From Utricularia gibba (Eukaryota > Plantae > Magnoliophyta): a stretch of 64,000 bases of DNA. The translations under genes and the position numbers were made by a program. This document shows, in pieces, positions 24,235 through 37,137 of this stretch. The notes under the pieces are model-generated. The model did not search any database and was not told the origin of the DNA. It saw only the letters and a program-made list of their open reading frames with translations. Location: NCBI GenBank assembly GCA_002189035.1, contig NEEC01000136.1:1-64000 (forward strand). The letters run 5' to 3'. Each line of letters begins with the position of its first letter. Position 1 is the stretch's first letter.

Positions 24235-27200
24235 GTGATGCATTTAATGAAGTTAGGATGTCATGAGCGCCCCAAATGGTTTTCTCAACAACCTGATTTA
24301 TATTTGACGCTCTAGGCCCAGGAGCAAAAAAAGTCGCGTAATAGTCATTTGTAGCCCGGCAAAAAAGTGATGCATTTATTAACGTTGGGTTTTCGGCGGC
24401 TGCCTACATGCTTTTTGAAGCAAAAGTTGTCGTTTTTTGGCGGGTGCTGTTGTTGGGAACTTCGTCCGGACCCAAGGTTCGGTCTGACTTCACAGCACAA
24501 TAAGGTCCCATTCGACGAAAATCGTGATACCTTTATTGCTGTTAGGATCTCATGATTACCCCAAATGCTTTTTTCAACAGCATGCTATACACTTGAGAAG
24601 GCGCTTTTGTGGGTCACCGAGATCGGCCCGGAATTCGGGTCGAGCTCGGGCCCAAAGTCAGCTGTAGCCCGATAAAAGAAGTGATGCATTTATTAACGTT
24701 GGGTTGTCGGCGGCTGCCCACATGGTTTTTCAAGCAACAGCTTGCCGTTTTAAGGCGGGTGCTGTCGTTGACAGCTTTGTAAGGGCCCAAGGTTTGGTCT
24801 GGCTCCTGAGCCCAATCGGGTCCTACTCGATGAAAATCGTGATGCATTTAATGAAGTTAGGATGTCATGAGCGCCCCAAATGGTTTTCTCAACAACCTGA
24901 TTTATATTTGACGAGGTGCTCTAGGCTGGCACTAGTATCGAGCAAATGGTCGAGTCGCGCTCTGGCCCATAGTCATTTGTAGCCCGGCAAAAAAGTGATG
25001 CATTTATTAACGTTGGGTTTTCGGCGGCTGCCTACATGCTTTTTGAAGCAAAAGTTGTCGTTTTTTGGCGGGTGCTGTTGTTGGGAACTTCGTCCGGACC
25101 CAAGGTTCGGTCTGACTTCACAGCACAATAAGGTCCCATTCGACGAAAATCGTGATACCTTTATTGCTGTTAGGATCTCATGATTACCCCAAATGCTTTT
25201 TTCAACAGCATGCTATACACTTGAGAAGGCGCTTTTGTGGGTCACCGAGATCGGCCCGGAATTCGGGTCGAGCTCGGGCCAAAGTCAGCTGTAGCCCGAT
25301 AAAAGAAGTGATGCATTTATTAACGTTGGGTTGTCGGCGGCTGCCCACATGGTTTTTCAAGCAACAGCTTGCCGTTTTAAGGCGGGTGCTGTCGTTGACA
25401 GCTTTGTAAGGGCCCAAGGTTTGGTCTGGCTCCTGAGCCCAATCGGGTCCTACTCGATGAAAATCGTGATGCATTTAATGAAGTTAGGATGTCATGAGCG
25501 CCCCAAATGGTTTTCTCAAAACCTGATTTATATTTGACGAGGTGCTCTAGGCTGGCACTAGTATCGAGCAATGGTCGAGTCGCGCTCTGGCCATAGTCAT
25601 TTGTAGCCTGGTCAAAAAAGCGATGCATTTATTAACGTTGGGTTTTCGGCGGCTGCCTACATGCTTTTTGAAGCAAAAGTTGTCGTTTTTTGGCGGGTGC
25701 TGTTGTTGGGAACTTCGTCCGGACCCAAGGTTCGGTCTGACTTCACAGCACAATAAGGTCCCATTCGACGAAAATCGTGATACCTTTATTGAAGTTAGGA
25801 TCTCATGACCGCCCAAATGCTTTTTTCAACAGCATGCTTTAAACTTGAGAAGGCGCTTTTGTGGGTCACCGAGATCGGGCCGGAATTCAGGTCGGGCTTG
25901 GGGGACAAAGTCAGCTGTAGCCCGTCAAAAGAAGTGATGCATTTATTAACGTTGGCTTGTCGGCGGCTGCCCACATGGTTTTTAAAGCAACAGCTTGCCG
26001 TTTTAAGGCGGGTGCTGTCGTTGGCAGCTTTGTAAGGGCCCAAGGTTCGGTCTGGCTCCTGAGCCCAATCGGGTCCTACTCGATGAAAATCGTGATGCAT
26101 TTGCTTTTGTTAGGATGTCATGAGAACCCAATGGGTTTTCTCCACACTCTACTTTATATTTGAGAAGGCGCTCTCGGGGGGTTTAGGGATTGGGCCAGAG
26201 GTCGGGTCGGGCTCACGCCCATAGTCAGTTGTAGCCCGGAAAATAAGTCATGCATTTATCAACGTTGGGTTTTCGGCGGCTGCCTAAATGGTTTTTCAAG
26301 CAACAGCTTGCCGTTTTAAGGCGGGTGCTGTCGTTGGCAGCTTTGTACGGGCCCAAGGTTTGGTCTGGCTCCTGAGCCCAATCGGGTCCTACTCGATGAA
26401 AATCGTGATGCATTTAATGAAGTTAGGATGTCATGAGCGCCCCAAATGGTTTTCTCAACAACCTGATTTATATTTGACGAGGTGCTCTAGGCTGGCACTA
26501 GTATCGAGCAAATGGTCGAGTCGCGCTCTGGCCCATAGTCATTTGTAGCCCGGCCAAAAAAGTGATGCATTTATTAACGTTGGGTTTTCGGCGGCTGCCT
26601 ACATGCTTTTTGAAGCAAAAGTTGTCGTTTTTTGGCGGGTGCTGTTGTTGGGAACTTCGTCCGGACCCAAGGTTCGGTCTGACTTCACAGCACAATAAGG
26701 TCCCATTCGACGAAAATCGTGATACCTTTATTGCTGTTAGGATCTCATGATTACCCCAAATGCTTTTTTCAACAGCATGCTATACACTTGAGAAGGCGCT
26801 TTTGTGGGTCACCGAGATCGGCCCGGAATTCGGGTCGAGCTCGGGCCCAAAGTCAGCTGTAGCCCGATAAAAGAAGTGATGCATTTATTAACGTTGGGTT
26901 GTCGGCGGCTGCCCACATGGTTTTTCAAGCAACAGCTTGCCGTTTTAAGGCGGGTGCTGTCGTTGACAGCTTTGTAAGGGCCCAAGGTTTGGTCTGGCTC
27001 CTGAGCCCAATCGGGTCCTACTCGATGAAAATCGTGATGCATTTAATGAAGTTAGGATGTCATGAGCGCCCAAATGGTTTTCTCAACAACCTGATTTATA
27101 TTTGACGAGGTGCTCTAGGCTGGCACTAGTATCGAGCAAATGGTCGAGTCGCGCTCTGGCCCATAGTCATTTGTAGCCTGGTCAAAAAAGCGATGCATTT

Positions 27201-30200
27201 ATTAACGTTGGGTTTTCGGCGGCTGCCTACATGCTTTTTGAAGCAAAAGTTGTCGTTTTTTGGCGGGTGCTGTTGTTGGAACTTCGTCCGGACCCAAGGT
27301 TCGGTCTGACTTCACAGCACAATAAGGTCCCATTCGACGAAAATCGTGATACCTTTATTGAAGTTAGGATCTCATGACCGCCCCAAATGCTTTTTTCAAC
27401 AGCATGCTTTAAACTTGAGAAGGCGCTTTTGTGGGTCACCGAGATCGGCCGGAATTCAGGTCGGGCTTGGGGACAAAGTCAGCTGTAGCCCGTCAAAAGA
27501 AGTGATGCATTTATTAACGTTGGCTTGTCGGCGGCCCCACATGGTTTTAAAGCACAGCTTGCCGTTTTAGGCGGTGCTGTCGTTGGCAGCTTTGTAAGGG
27601 CCCAAGGTTCGGTCTGGCTCCTGAGCCCAATCGGGTCCTACTCGATGAAAATCGTGATGCATTTGCTTTTGTTAGGATGTCATGAGAACCCCAATGGGTT
27701 TTCTCCACACTCTACTTTATATTTGAGAAGGCGCTCTCGGGGGTTTAGGGATTGGGCCAGAGGTCGGGTCGGGCTCACGCCCATAGTCAGTTGTAGCCCG
27801 GAAAATAAGTCATGCATTTATCAACGTTGGGTTTTCGGCGGCTGCCTAAATGGTTTTTCAAGCAACAGCTTGCCGTTTTAAGGCGGGTGCTGTCGTTGGC
27901 AGCTTTGTACGGGCCCAAGGTTTGGTCTGGCTCCTGAGCCCAATCGGGTCCTACTCGATGAAAATCGTGATGCATTTAATGAAGTTAGGATGTCATGAGC
28001 GCCCCAAATGGTTTTCTCAACAACCTGATTTATATTTGACGAGGTGCTCTAGGCTGGCACTAGTATCGAGCAAATGGTCGAGTCGCGCTCTGGCCCATAG
28101 TCATTTGTAGCCCGGCCAAAAAAGTGATGCATTTATTAACGTTGGTTTTCGGCGGCTGCCTACATGCTTTTTGAGGCAAAAGTTGTCGTTTTTTGGCGGG
28201 TGCTGTTGTTGGGAACTTCGTCCGGACCCAAGGTTCGGTCTGACTTCACAGCACAATAAGGTCCCATTCGACGAAAATCGTGATACCTTTATTGCTGTTA
28301 GGATCTCATGATTACCCCAAATGCTTTTTTCAACAGCATGCTATACACTTGAGAAGGCGCTTTTTGTGGTCACCGAGATCGGCCCGGAATTCGGGTCGAG
28401 CTCGGGCCCAAAGTCAGCTGTAGCCCGATAAAAGAAGTGATGCATTTATTAACGTTGGGTTGTCGGCGGCTGCCCACATGGTTTTTCAAGCAACAGCTTG
28501 CCGTTTTAAGGCGGGTGCTGTCGTTGACAGCTTTGTAAGGGCCCAAGGTTTGGTCTGGCTCCTGAGCCCAATCGGGTCCTACTCGATGAAAATCGTGATG
28601 CATTTAATGAAGTTAGGATGTCATGAGCGCCCCAAATGGTTTTCTCAACAACCTGATTTATATTTGACGAGGTGCTCTAGGCTGGCACTAGTATCGAGCA
28701 AATGGTCGAGTCGCGCTCTGGCCCATAGTCATTTGTAGCCTGGTCAAAAAAGCGATGCATTTAACGTTGGGTTTTCGGCGGCTGCCTACATGCTTTTTGA
28801 AGCAAAAGTTGTCGTTTTTTGGCGGTGCTGTTGTTGGAAACTTCGTCCGGACCCAAGGTTCGGTCTGACTTCACAGCACAATAAGGTCCCATTCGACGAA
28901 AATCGTGATACTTTAGGATCTCATGACCGCCCAAATGCTTTTTTCAACAGCATGCTTTAAACTTGAGAAGGCGCTTTTGTGGGTCACCGAGATCGGGCCG
29001 GAATTCAGGTCGGGCTTGGGGGACAAAGTCAGCTGTAGCCCGTCAAAAGAAGTGATGCATTTATTAACGTTGGCTGTCGGCGGCTGCCCACATGGTTTTT
29101 AAAGCAACAGCTTGCCGTTTTAAGGCGGGTGCTGTCGTTGGCAGCTTTGTAAGGGCCCAAGGTTCGGTCTGGCTCCTGAGCCCAATCGGGTCCTACTCGA
29201 TGAAAATCGTGATGCATTTGCTTTTGTTAGGATGTCATGAGAACCCCAATGGGTTTTCTCCACACACTCTACTTTATATTTGAGAAGGCGCTCTCGGGGG
29301 TTTAGGGATTGGGCCAGAGGTCGGGTCGGGCTCACGCCCATAGTCAGTTGTAGCCCGAAAATAAGTCATGCATTTATCAACGTTGGGTTTTCGGCGGCTG
29401 CCTAAATGGTTTTTCAAGCAACAGCTTGCCGTTTTAAGCGGGTGCTGTGTTGGCAGCTTTGTACGGGCCCAAGGTTTGGTCTGGCTCCTGAGCCCAATCG
29501 GGTCCTACTCGATGAAAATCGTGATGCATTTAATGAAGTTAGGATGTCATGAGCGCCCCAAATGGTTTTCTCAACAACCTGATTTATATTGACGAGGTGC
29601 TCTAGGCTGGCACTAGTATCGAGCAATGGTCGAGTCGCGCTCTGGCCATAGTCATTAGCCGGCCAAAAAAGTGATGCATTTATTAACGTTGGGTTTTCGG
29701 CGGCTGCCTACATGCTTTTTGAGGCAAAAGTTGTCGTTTTTTGGCGGGTGCTGTTGTTGGGAACTTCGTCCGGACCCAAGGTTCGGTCTGACTTCACACA
29801 AATAAGGTCCCATTCGACGAAAATCGTGATACCTTTATTGCTGTTAGGATCTCATGATTACCCAAATGCTTTTTTCAACAGCATGCTATACACTTGAGAA
29901 GGCGCTTTTGTGGGTCACCGAGATCGGCCCGGAATTCGGGTCGAGCTCGGGCCCAAAGTCAGCTGTAGCCCGATAAAAGAAGTGATGCATTTATTAACGT
30001 TGGGTTGTCGGCGGCTGCCCACATGGTTTTTCAAGCAACAGCTTGCCGTTTTAAGGCGGGTGCTGTCGTTGACAGCTTTGTAAGGGCCCAAGGTTTGGTC
30101 TGGCTCCTGAGCCCAATCGGGTCCTACTCGATGAAAATCGTGATGCATTTAATGAAGTTAGGATGTCATGAGCGCCCCAAATGGTTTTCTCAACAACCTG

Positions 30201-33200
30201 ATTTATATTTGACGAGGTGCTCTAGGCTGGCACTAGTATCGAGCAAATGGTCGAGTCGCGCTCTGGCCCATAGTCATTTGTAGCCTGGTCAAAAAAGCGA
30301 TGCATTTATTAACGTTGGGTTTTCGGCGGCTGCCTACATGCTTTTTGAAGCAAAAGTTGTCGTTTTTTGGCGGGTGCTGTTGTTGGGAACTTCGTCCGGA
30401 CCCAAGGTTCGGTCTGACTTCACAGCACAATAAGGTCCCATTCGACGAAAATCGTGATACCTTTATTGAAGTTAGGATCTCATGACCGCCCAAATGCTTT
30501 TTTCAACAGCATGCTTTAAACTTGAGAAGGCGCTTTTGTGGGTCACCGAGATCGGGCCGGAATTCAGGTCGGGCTTGGGGACAAAGTCAGCTGTAGCCCG
30601 TCAAAAGAAGTGATGCATTTATTAACGTTGGCTTGTCGGCGGCTGCCCACATGGTTTTTAAAGCAACAGCTTGCCGTTTTAAGGCGGGTGCTGTCGTTGG
30701 CAGCTTTGTAAGGGCCCAAGGTTCGGTCTGGCTCCTGAGCCCAATCGGGTCCTACTCGATGAAAATCGTGATGCATTTGCTTTTGTTAGGATGTCATGAG
30801 AACCCCAATGGGTTTTTCTCACACTCTACTTATATTTGAGAAGGCGCTCTCGGGGGGTTTAGGGATTGGGCCACGGGTCGGGCTCACGCCCATCAGTTGT
30901 AGCCCGGAAATAAGTCATGCATTTATCAACGTTGGGTTTCGGCGGCTGCCTAAATGGTTTTTCAAGCAACAGCTTGCCGTTTTAAGGCGGGTGCTGTCGT
31001 TGGCAGCTTTGTACGGGCCCAAGGTTTGGTCTGGCTCCTGAGCCCAATCGGGTCCTACTCGATGAAAATCGTGATGCATTTAATGAAGTTAGGATGTCAT
31101 GAGCGCCCCAAATGGTTTTCTCAACAACCTGATTTATATTTGACGAGGTGCTCTAGGCTGGCACTAGTATCGAGCAAATGGTCGAGTCGCGCTCTGGCCC
31201 ATAGTCATTTGTAGCCCGGCCAAAAAAGTGATGCATTTATTAACGTTGGGTTTTCGGCGGCTGCCTACATGCTTTTTGAGGCAAAAGTTGTCGTTTTTTG
31301 GCGGGTGCTGTTGTTGGGAACTTCGTCCGGACCCAAGGTTCGGTCTGACTTCACAGCACAATAAGGTCCCATTCGACGAAAATCGTGATACCTTTATTGC
31401 TGTTAGGATCTCATGATTACCCCAAATGCTTTTTTCAACAGCATGCTATACACTTGAGAAGGCGCTTTTGTGGGTCACCGAGATCGGCCCGGAATTCGGG
31501 TCGAGCTCGGGCCCAAAGTCAGCTGTAGCCCGATAAAAGAAGTGATGCATTTATTAACGTTGGGTTGTCGGCGGCTGCCCACATGGTTTTTCAAGCAACA
31601 GCTTGCCGTTTTAAGGCGGGTGCTGTCGTTGACAGCTTTGTAAGGGCCCAAGGTTTGGTCTGGCTCCTGAGCCCAATCGGGTCCTACTCGATGAAAATCG
31701 TGATGCATTTAATGAAGTTAGGATGTCATGAGCGCCCCAAATGGTTTTCTCAACAACCTGATTTATATTTGACGAGGTGCTCTAGGCTGGCACTAGTATC
31801 GAGCAAATGGTCGAGTCGCGCTCTGGCCCATAGTCATTTGTAGCCTGGTCAAAAAAGCGATGCATTTATTAACGTTGGGTTTTCGGCGGCTGCCTACATG
31901 CTTTTTGAAGCAAAAGTTGTCGTTTTTTGGCGGGTGCTGTTGTTGGGAACTTCGTCCGGACCCAAGGTTCGGTCTGACTTCACAGCACAATAAGTCCCAT
32001 TCGACGAAATCGTGATACCTTTATTGAAGTTAGATCTCATGACCGCCCAAATGCTTTTTTCAACAGCATGCTTTAAACTTGAGAAGGCGCTTTTGTGGGT
32101 CACCGAGATCGGCCGGAATTCAGGTCGGGCTTGGGACAAAGTCAGCTGTAGCCCGTCAAAAGAAGTGATGCATTTATTAACGTTGGCTTGTCGGCGGCTG
32201 CCCACATGGTTTTTAAAAGCAACAGCTTGCCGTTTTAAGGCGGGTGCTGTCGTTGGCAGCTTTGTAAGGGCCCAAGGTTCGGTCTGGCTCCTGAGCCAAT
32301 CGGGTCCTACTCGATGAAAATCGTGATGCATTTGCTTTTGTTAGGATGTCATGAGAACCCAATGGTTTTCTCCACACTCTACTTTATTTAGAAGGCGCTC
32401 TCGGGGGGAGGGCCAGAGGTCGGGTCGGGCTCACGCCCATAGTCATTGTAGCCCGGAAAATAAGTCATGCATTTATCAACGTTGGGTTTTCGGCGGCTGC
32501 CTAAATGGTTTTTCAAGCAACAGCTTGCCGTTTTAAGGCGGGTGCTGTCGTTGGCAGCTTTGTACGGGCCCAAGGTTTGGTCTGGCTCCTGAGCCAATCG
32601 GGTCCTACTCGATGAAAATCGTGATGCATTTAATGAAGTTAGGATGTCATGAGCGCCCCAAATGGTTTTCTCAACAACCTGATTTATATTTGACGAGGTG
32701 CTCTAGGCTGGCACTAGTATCGAGCAAATGGTCGAGTCGCGCTCTGGCCCATAGTCATTTGTAGCCCGGCCAAAAAAGTGATGCATTTATTAACGTTGGG
32801 TTTTCGGCGGCTGCCTACATGCTTTTTGAGGCAAAAGTTGTCGTTTTTTGGCGGGCTGTTGTTGGGAACTTCGTCCGGACCCAAGGTTCGGTCTGACTTC
32901 ACAGCACAATAAGGTCCCATTCGACGAAAATCGTGATACCTTTATTGCTTAGGATCTCATGATTACCCAAATGCTTTTTCAACAGCATGCTATACACTTG
33001 AGAAGGCGCTTTTGTGGGTCACCGAGATCGGCCCGGGAATTCGGGTCGAGGCCCAAAGTCAGCTGTAGCCCGATAAAAGAAGTGATGCATTTATTAACGT
33101 TGGGTTGTCGGCGGCTGCCCACATGGTTTTTCAAGCAACAGCTTGCCGTTTTAAGGCGGGTGCTGTCGTTGACAGCTTTGTAAGGGCCCAAGGTTTGGTC

Positions 33201-36200
33201 TGGCTCCTGAGCCCAATCGGGTCCTACTCGATGAAAATCGTGATGCATTTAATGAAGTTAGGATGTCATGAGCGCCCCAAATGGTTTTCTCAACAACCTG
33301 ATTTATATTTGACGAGGTGCTCTAGGCTGGCACTAGTATCGAGCAAATGGTCGAGTCGCGCTCTGGCCCATAGTCATTTGTAGCCTGGTCAAAAAAGCGA
33401 TGCATTTATTAACGTTGGGTTTTCGGCGGCTGCCTACATGCTTTTTGAAGCAAAAGTTGTCGTTTTTTGGCGGGCTGTTGTTGGGAACTTCGTCCGGACC
33501 CAAGGTTCGGTCTGACTTCACAGCACAATAAGGTCCCATTCGACGAAAATCGTGATACCTTTATTGAAGTTAGGATCTCATGACCGCCCCAAATGCTTTT
33601 TTCAACAGCATGCTTTAAACTTGAGAAGGCGCTTTTGTGGGTCACCGAGATCGGGCCGGAATTCAGGTCGGGCTTGGGGACAAAGTCAGCTGTAGCCCGT
33701 CAAAAGAAGTGATGCATTTATTAACGTTGGCTTGTCGGCGGCTGCCCACATGGTTTTTAAAGCAACAGCTTGCCGTTTTAAGGCGGGTGCTGTCGTTGGC
33801 AGCTTTGTAAGGGCCCAAGGTTCGGTCTGGCTCCTGAGCCCAATCGGGTCCTACTCGATGAAAATCGTGATGCATTTGCTTTTGTTAGGATGTCATGAGA
33901 ACCCCAATGGGTTTTCTCCACACTCTACTTTATATTTGAGAAGGCGCTCTCGGGGGGTTTAGGGATTGGGCCAGAGGTCGGGTCGGGCTCACGCCCATAG
34001 TCAGTTGTAGCCCGGAAAATAAGTCATGCATTTATCAACGTTGGGTTTTCGGCGGCTGCCTAAATGGTTTTTCAAGCAACAGCTTGCCGTTTTAAGGCGG
34101 GTGCTGTCGTTGGCAGCTTTGTACGGGCCCAAGGTTTGGTCTGGCTCCTGAGCCCAATCGGGTCCTACTCGATGAAAATCGTGATGCATTTAATGAAGTT
34201 AGGATGTCATGAGCGCCCCAAATGGTTTTCTCAACAACCTGATTTATATTTGACGAGGTGCTCTAGGCTGGCACTAGTATCGAGCAAATGGTCGAGTCGC
34301 GCTCTGGCCATAGTCATTTGTAGCCCGGCCAAAAAAGTGATGCATTTATTAACGTTGGGTTTTCGGCGGCTGCCTACATGCTTTTTGAAGCAAAAGTTGT
34401 CGTTTTTTGGCGGGTGCTGTTGTTGGGAACTTCGTCCGGACCCAAGGTTCGGTCTGACTTCACAGCACAATAAGGTCCCATTCGACGAAAATCGTGATAC
34501 CTTTATTGCTGTTAGGATCTCATGATTACCCCAAATGCTTTTTTCAACAGCATGCTATACACTTGAGAAGGCGCTTTTGTGGGTCACCGAGATCGGCCCG
34601 GAATTCGGGTCGAGCTCGGGCCCAAAGTCAGCTGTAGCCCGATAAAAGAAGTGATGCATTTATTAACGTTGGGTTGTCGGCGGCTGCCCACATGGTTTTT
34701 CAAGCAACAGCTTGCCGTTTTAAGGCGGGTGCTGTCGTTGACAGCTTTGTAAGGGCCCAAGGTTTGGTCTGGCTCCTGAGCCCAATCGGGTCCTACTCGA
34801 TGAAAATCGTGATGCATTTAATGAAGTTAGGATGTCATGAGCGCCCCAAATGGTTTTCTCAACAACCTGATTTATATTTGACGAGGTGCTCTAGGCTGGC
34901 ACTAGTATCGAGCAAATGGTCGAGTCGCGCTCTGGCCCATAGTCATTTGTAGCCTGGTCAAAAAAGCGATGCATTTATTAACGTTGGGTTTTCGGCGGCT
35001 GCCTACATGCTTTTTGAAGCAAAAGTTGTCGTTTTTTGGCGGGTGCTGTTGTTGGGAACTTCGTCCGGACCCAAGGTTCGGTCTGACTTCACAGCACAAT
35101 AAGGTCCCATTCGACGAAAATCGTGATACCTTTATTGAAGTTAGGATCTCATGACCGCCCCAAATGCTTTTTTCAACAGCATGCTTTAAACTTGAGAAGG
35201 CGCTTTTGTGGGTCACCGAGATCGGGCCGGAATTCAGGTCGGGCTTGGGGGACAAAGTCAGCTGTAGCCCGTCAAAAGAAGTGATGCATTTATTAACGTT
35301 GGCTTGTCGGCGGCTGCCCACATGGTTTTTAAAGCAACAGCTTGCCGTTTTAAGGCGGGTGCTGTCGTTGGCAGCTTTGTAAGGCCCAAGGTTCGGTCTG
35401 GCTCCTGAGCCCAATCGGGTCCTACTCGATGAAAATCGTGATGCATTTGCTTTTGTTAGGATGTCATGAGAACCCCAATGGGTTTTCTCCACACTCTACT
35501 TTATATTTGAGAAGGCGCTCTCGGGGGGTTTAGGGATTGGGCCAGAGGTCGGGTCGGGCTCACGCCCATAGTCAGTTGTAGCCCGGAAAATAAGTCATGC
35601 ATTTATCAACGTTGGGTTTTCGGCGGCTGCCTAAATGGTTTTTCAAGCAACAGCTTGCCGTTTTAAGGCGGGTGCTGTCGTTGGCAGCTTTGTACGGGCC
35701 CAAGGTTTGGTCTGGCTCCTGAGCCCAATCGGGTCCTACTCGATGAAAATCGTGATGCATTTAATGAAGTTAGGATGTCATGAGCGCCCCAAATGGTTTT
35801 CTCAACAACCTGATTTATATTTGACGAGGTGCTCTAGGCTGGCACTAGTATCGAGCAAATGGTCGAGTCGCGCTCTGGCCCATAGTCATTTGTAGCCCGG
35901 CCAAAAAAGTGATGCATTTATTAACGTTGGGTTTTCGGCGGCTGCCTACATGCTTTTTGAGGCAAAAGTTGTCGTTTTTTGGCGGGTGCTGTTGTTGGGA
36001 TTCGTCCGGACCCAAGGTTCGGTCTGACTTCACAGCACAATAAGGTCCCATTCGACGAAAATCGTGATACCTTTATTGCTGTTAGGATCTCATGATTACC
36101 CCAAATGCTTTTTTCAACAGCATGCTATACACTTGAGAAGGCGCTTTTGTGGGTCACCGAGATCGGCCCGGAATTCGGGTCGAGCTCGGGCCCAAAGTCA

Positions 36201-36378
36201 GCTGTAGCCCGATAAAAGAAGTGATGCATTTATTAACGTTGGGTTGTCGGCGGCTGCCCACATGGTTTTTCAAGCAACAGCTTGCCGTTTTAAGGCGGGT
36301 GCTGTCGTTGACAGCTTTGTAAGGGCCCAAGGTTTGGTCTGGCTCCTGAGCCCAATCGGGTCCTACTCGATGAAAATC

Positions 36379-37137
36379 GTGATGCATTTAATGAAGTTAG
36401 GATGTCATGAGAACCCCAATGGGTTTTCTCACACTCTACTTTATATTTGAGAAGGCGCTCTCGGGGGTTTGGGAGTGGGCCAGAGGTCGGGTCGGGCTCA
36501 CGCCCATAGTCAGTTGTAGCCCGGAAAATAAGTGATGCATTTATCAACGTTGGGTTTTCGGCGGCTGCCAAATGGTTTTTCAAGCAACAGCTTGCCGTTT
36601 TAAGGCGGGTGCTGTCGTTGGCATTTGTAAGGGCCCAAGGTTCGGTCTGGCTCCTGAGCCCAATCGGGTCCTACTCGATGAAAATCGTGATGCATTTGCT
36701 TTTGTTAGGATCATGAGAACCCCAATGGTTTTTCCACACTCTACTTTATATTGAGAAGGCGCTCTCGATTGGGCCAGAGGTCGGTCGGGCTCACGCCCAT
36801 AGTCAGTTGTAGCCCGGAAAATAAGTGATGCATTTATCAACGTTGGGTTTTCGGCGGCTGCCTAAATGGTTTTTCAAGAACAGCTTGCCGTTTTAAGGCG
36901 GGTGGTGTCGTTGGCAGCTTTGTAAGGGCCCAAGGTTTGGTCTGGCTCCTGAGCCCAATCGGGTCCTACTCGATGAAAATCGTGATGCATTTAATGAAGT
37001 TAGGATGTCATGAGCGCCCCAAATGGTTTTCTCAACAACCTGATTTATATTTGACGAGGTGCTCTAGGCTGGCACTAGTATCGAGCAAATGGTCGAGTCG
37101 CGCTCTGGCCCATAGTCATTGTAGCCCGGCCAAAAAA
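36379..37137 (+). repeat. Junction segment: chimeric b2/d2 half followed by two tandem D/C monomers
   Basis: The half at 36379 starts as b2 (TTTAATGAAGTTAGG) and continues as d2 (GAGAACCCCAATGGG). It is followed by c1 at 36532, d2 at 36687, c1 at 36825, b2 at 36982 and A at 37138. Confidence 0.8.

Larger units (their letters stand above)
23451..36378 (+). repeat. Domain 3: 5-monomer HOR (~1570 bp), 8 units, the first expanded to 7 monomers
   Basis: Marker CCTGGTCAAAAAAGCGATGC has its GCGATG at 23451, 25620, 27190, 28752, 30297, 31857, 33397 and 34966; spacings 2169, 1570, 1562, 1545, 1560, 1540, 1569. Order within a unit: a1' a2' b1' d2 c1 b2 a1'' a2'' b1'' b2. Confidence 0.95.

Noticed and set aside
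28905-28920. About 10 bp deletion between short TTA repeats (GTGATACTTTAGGATC)
   Set aside because: A single occurrence in an indel-noisy unit, which cannot be distinguished from consensus error.
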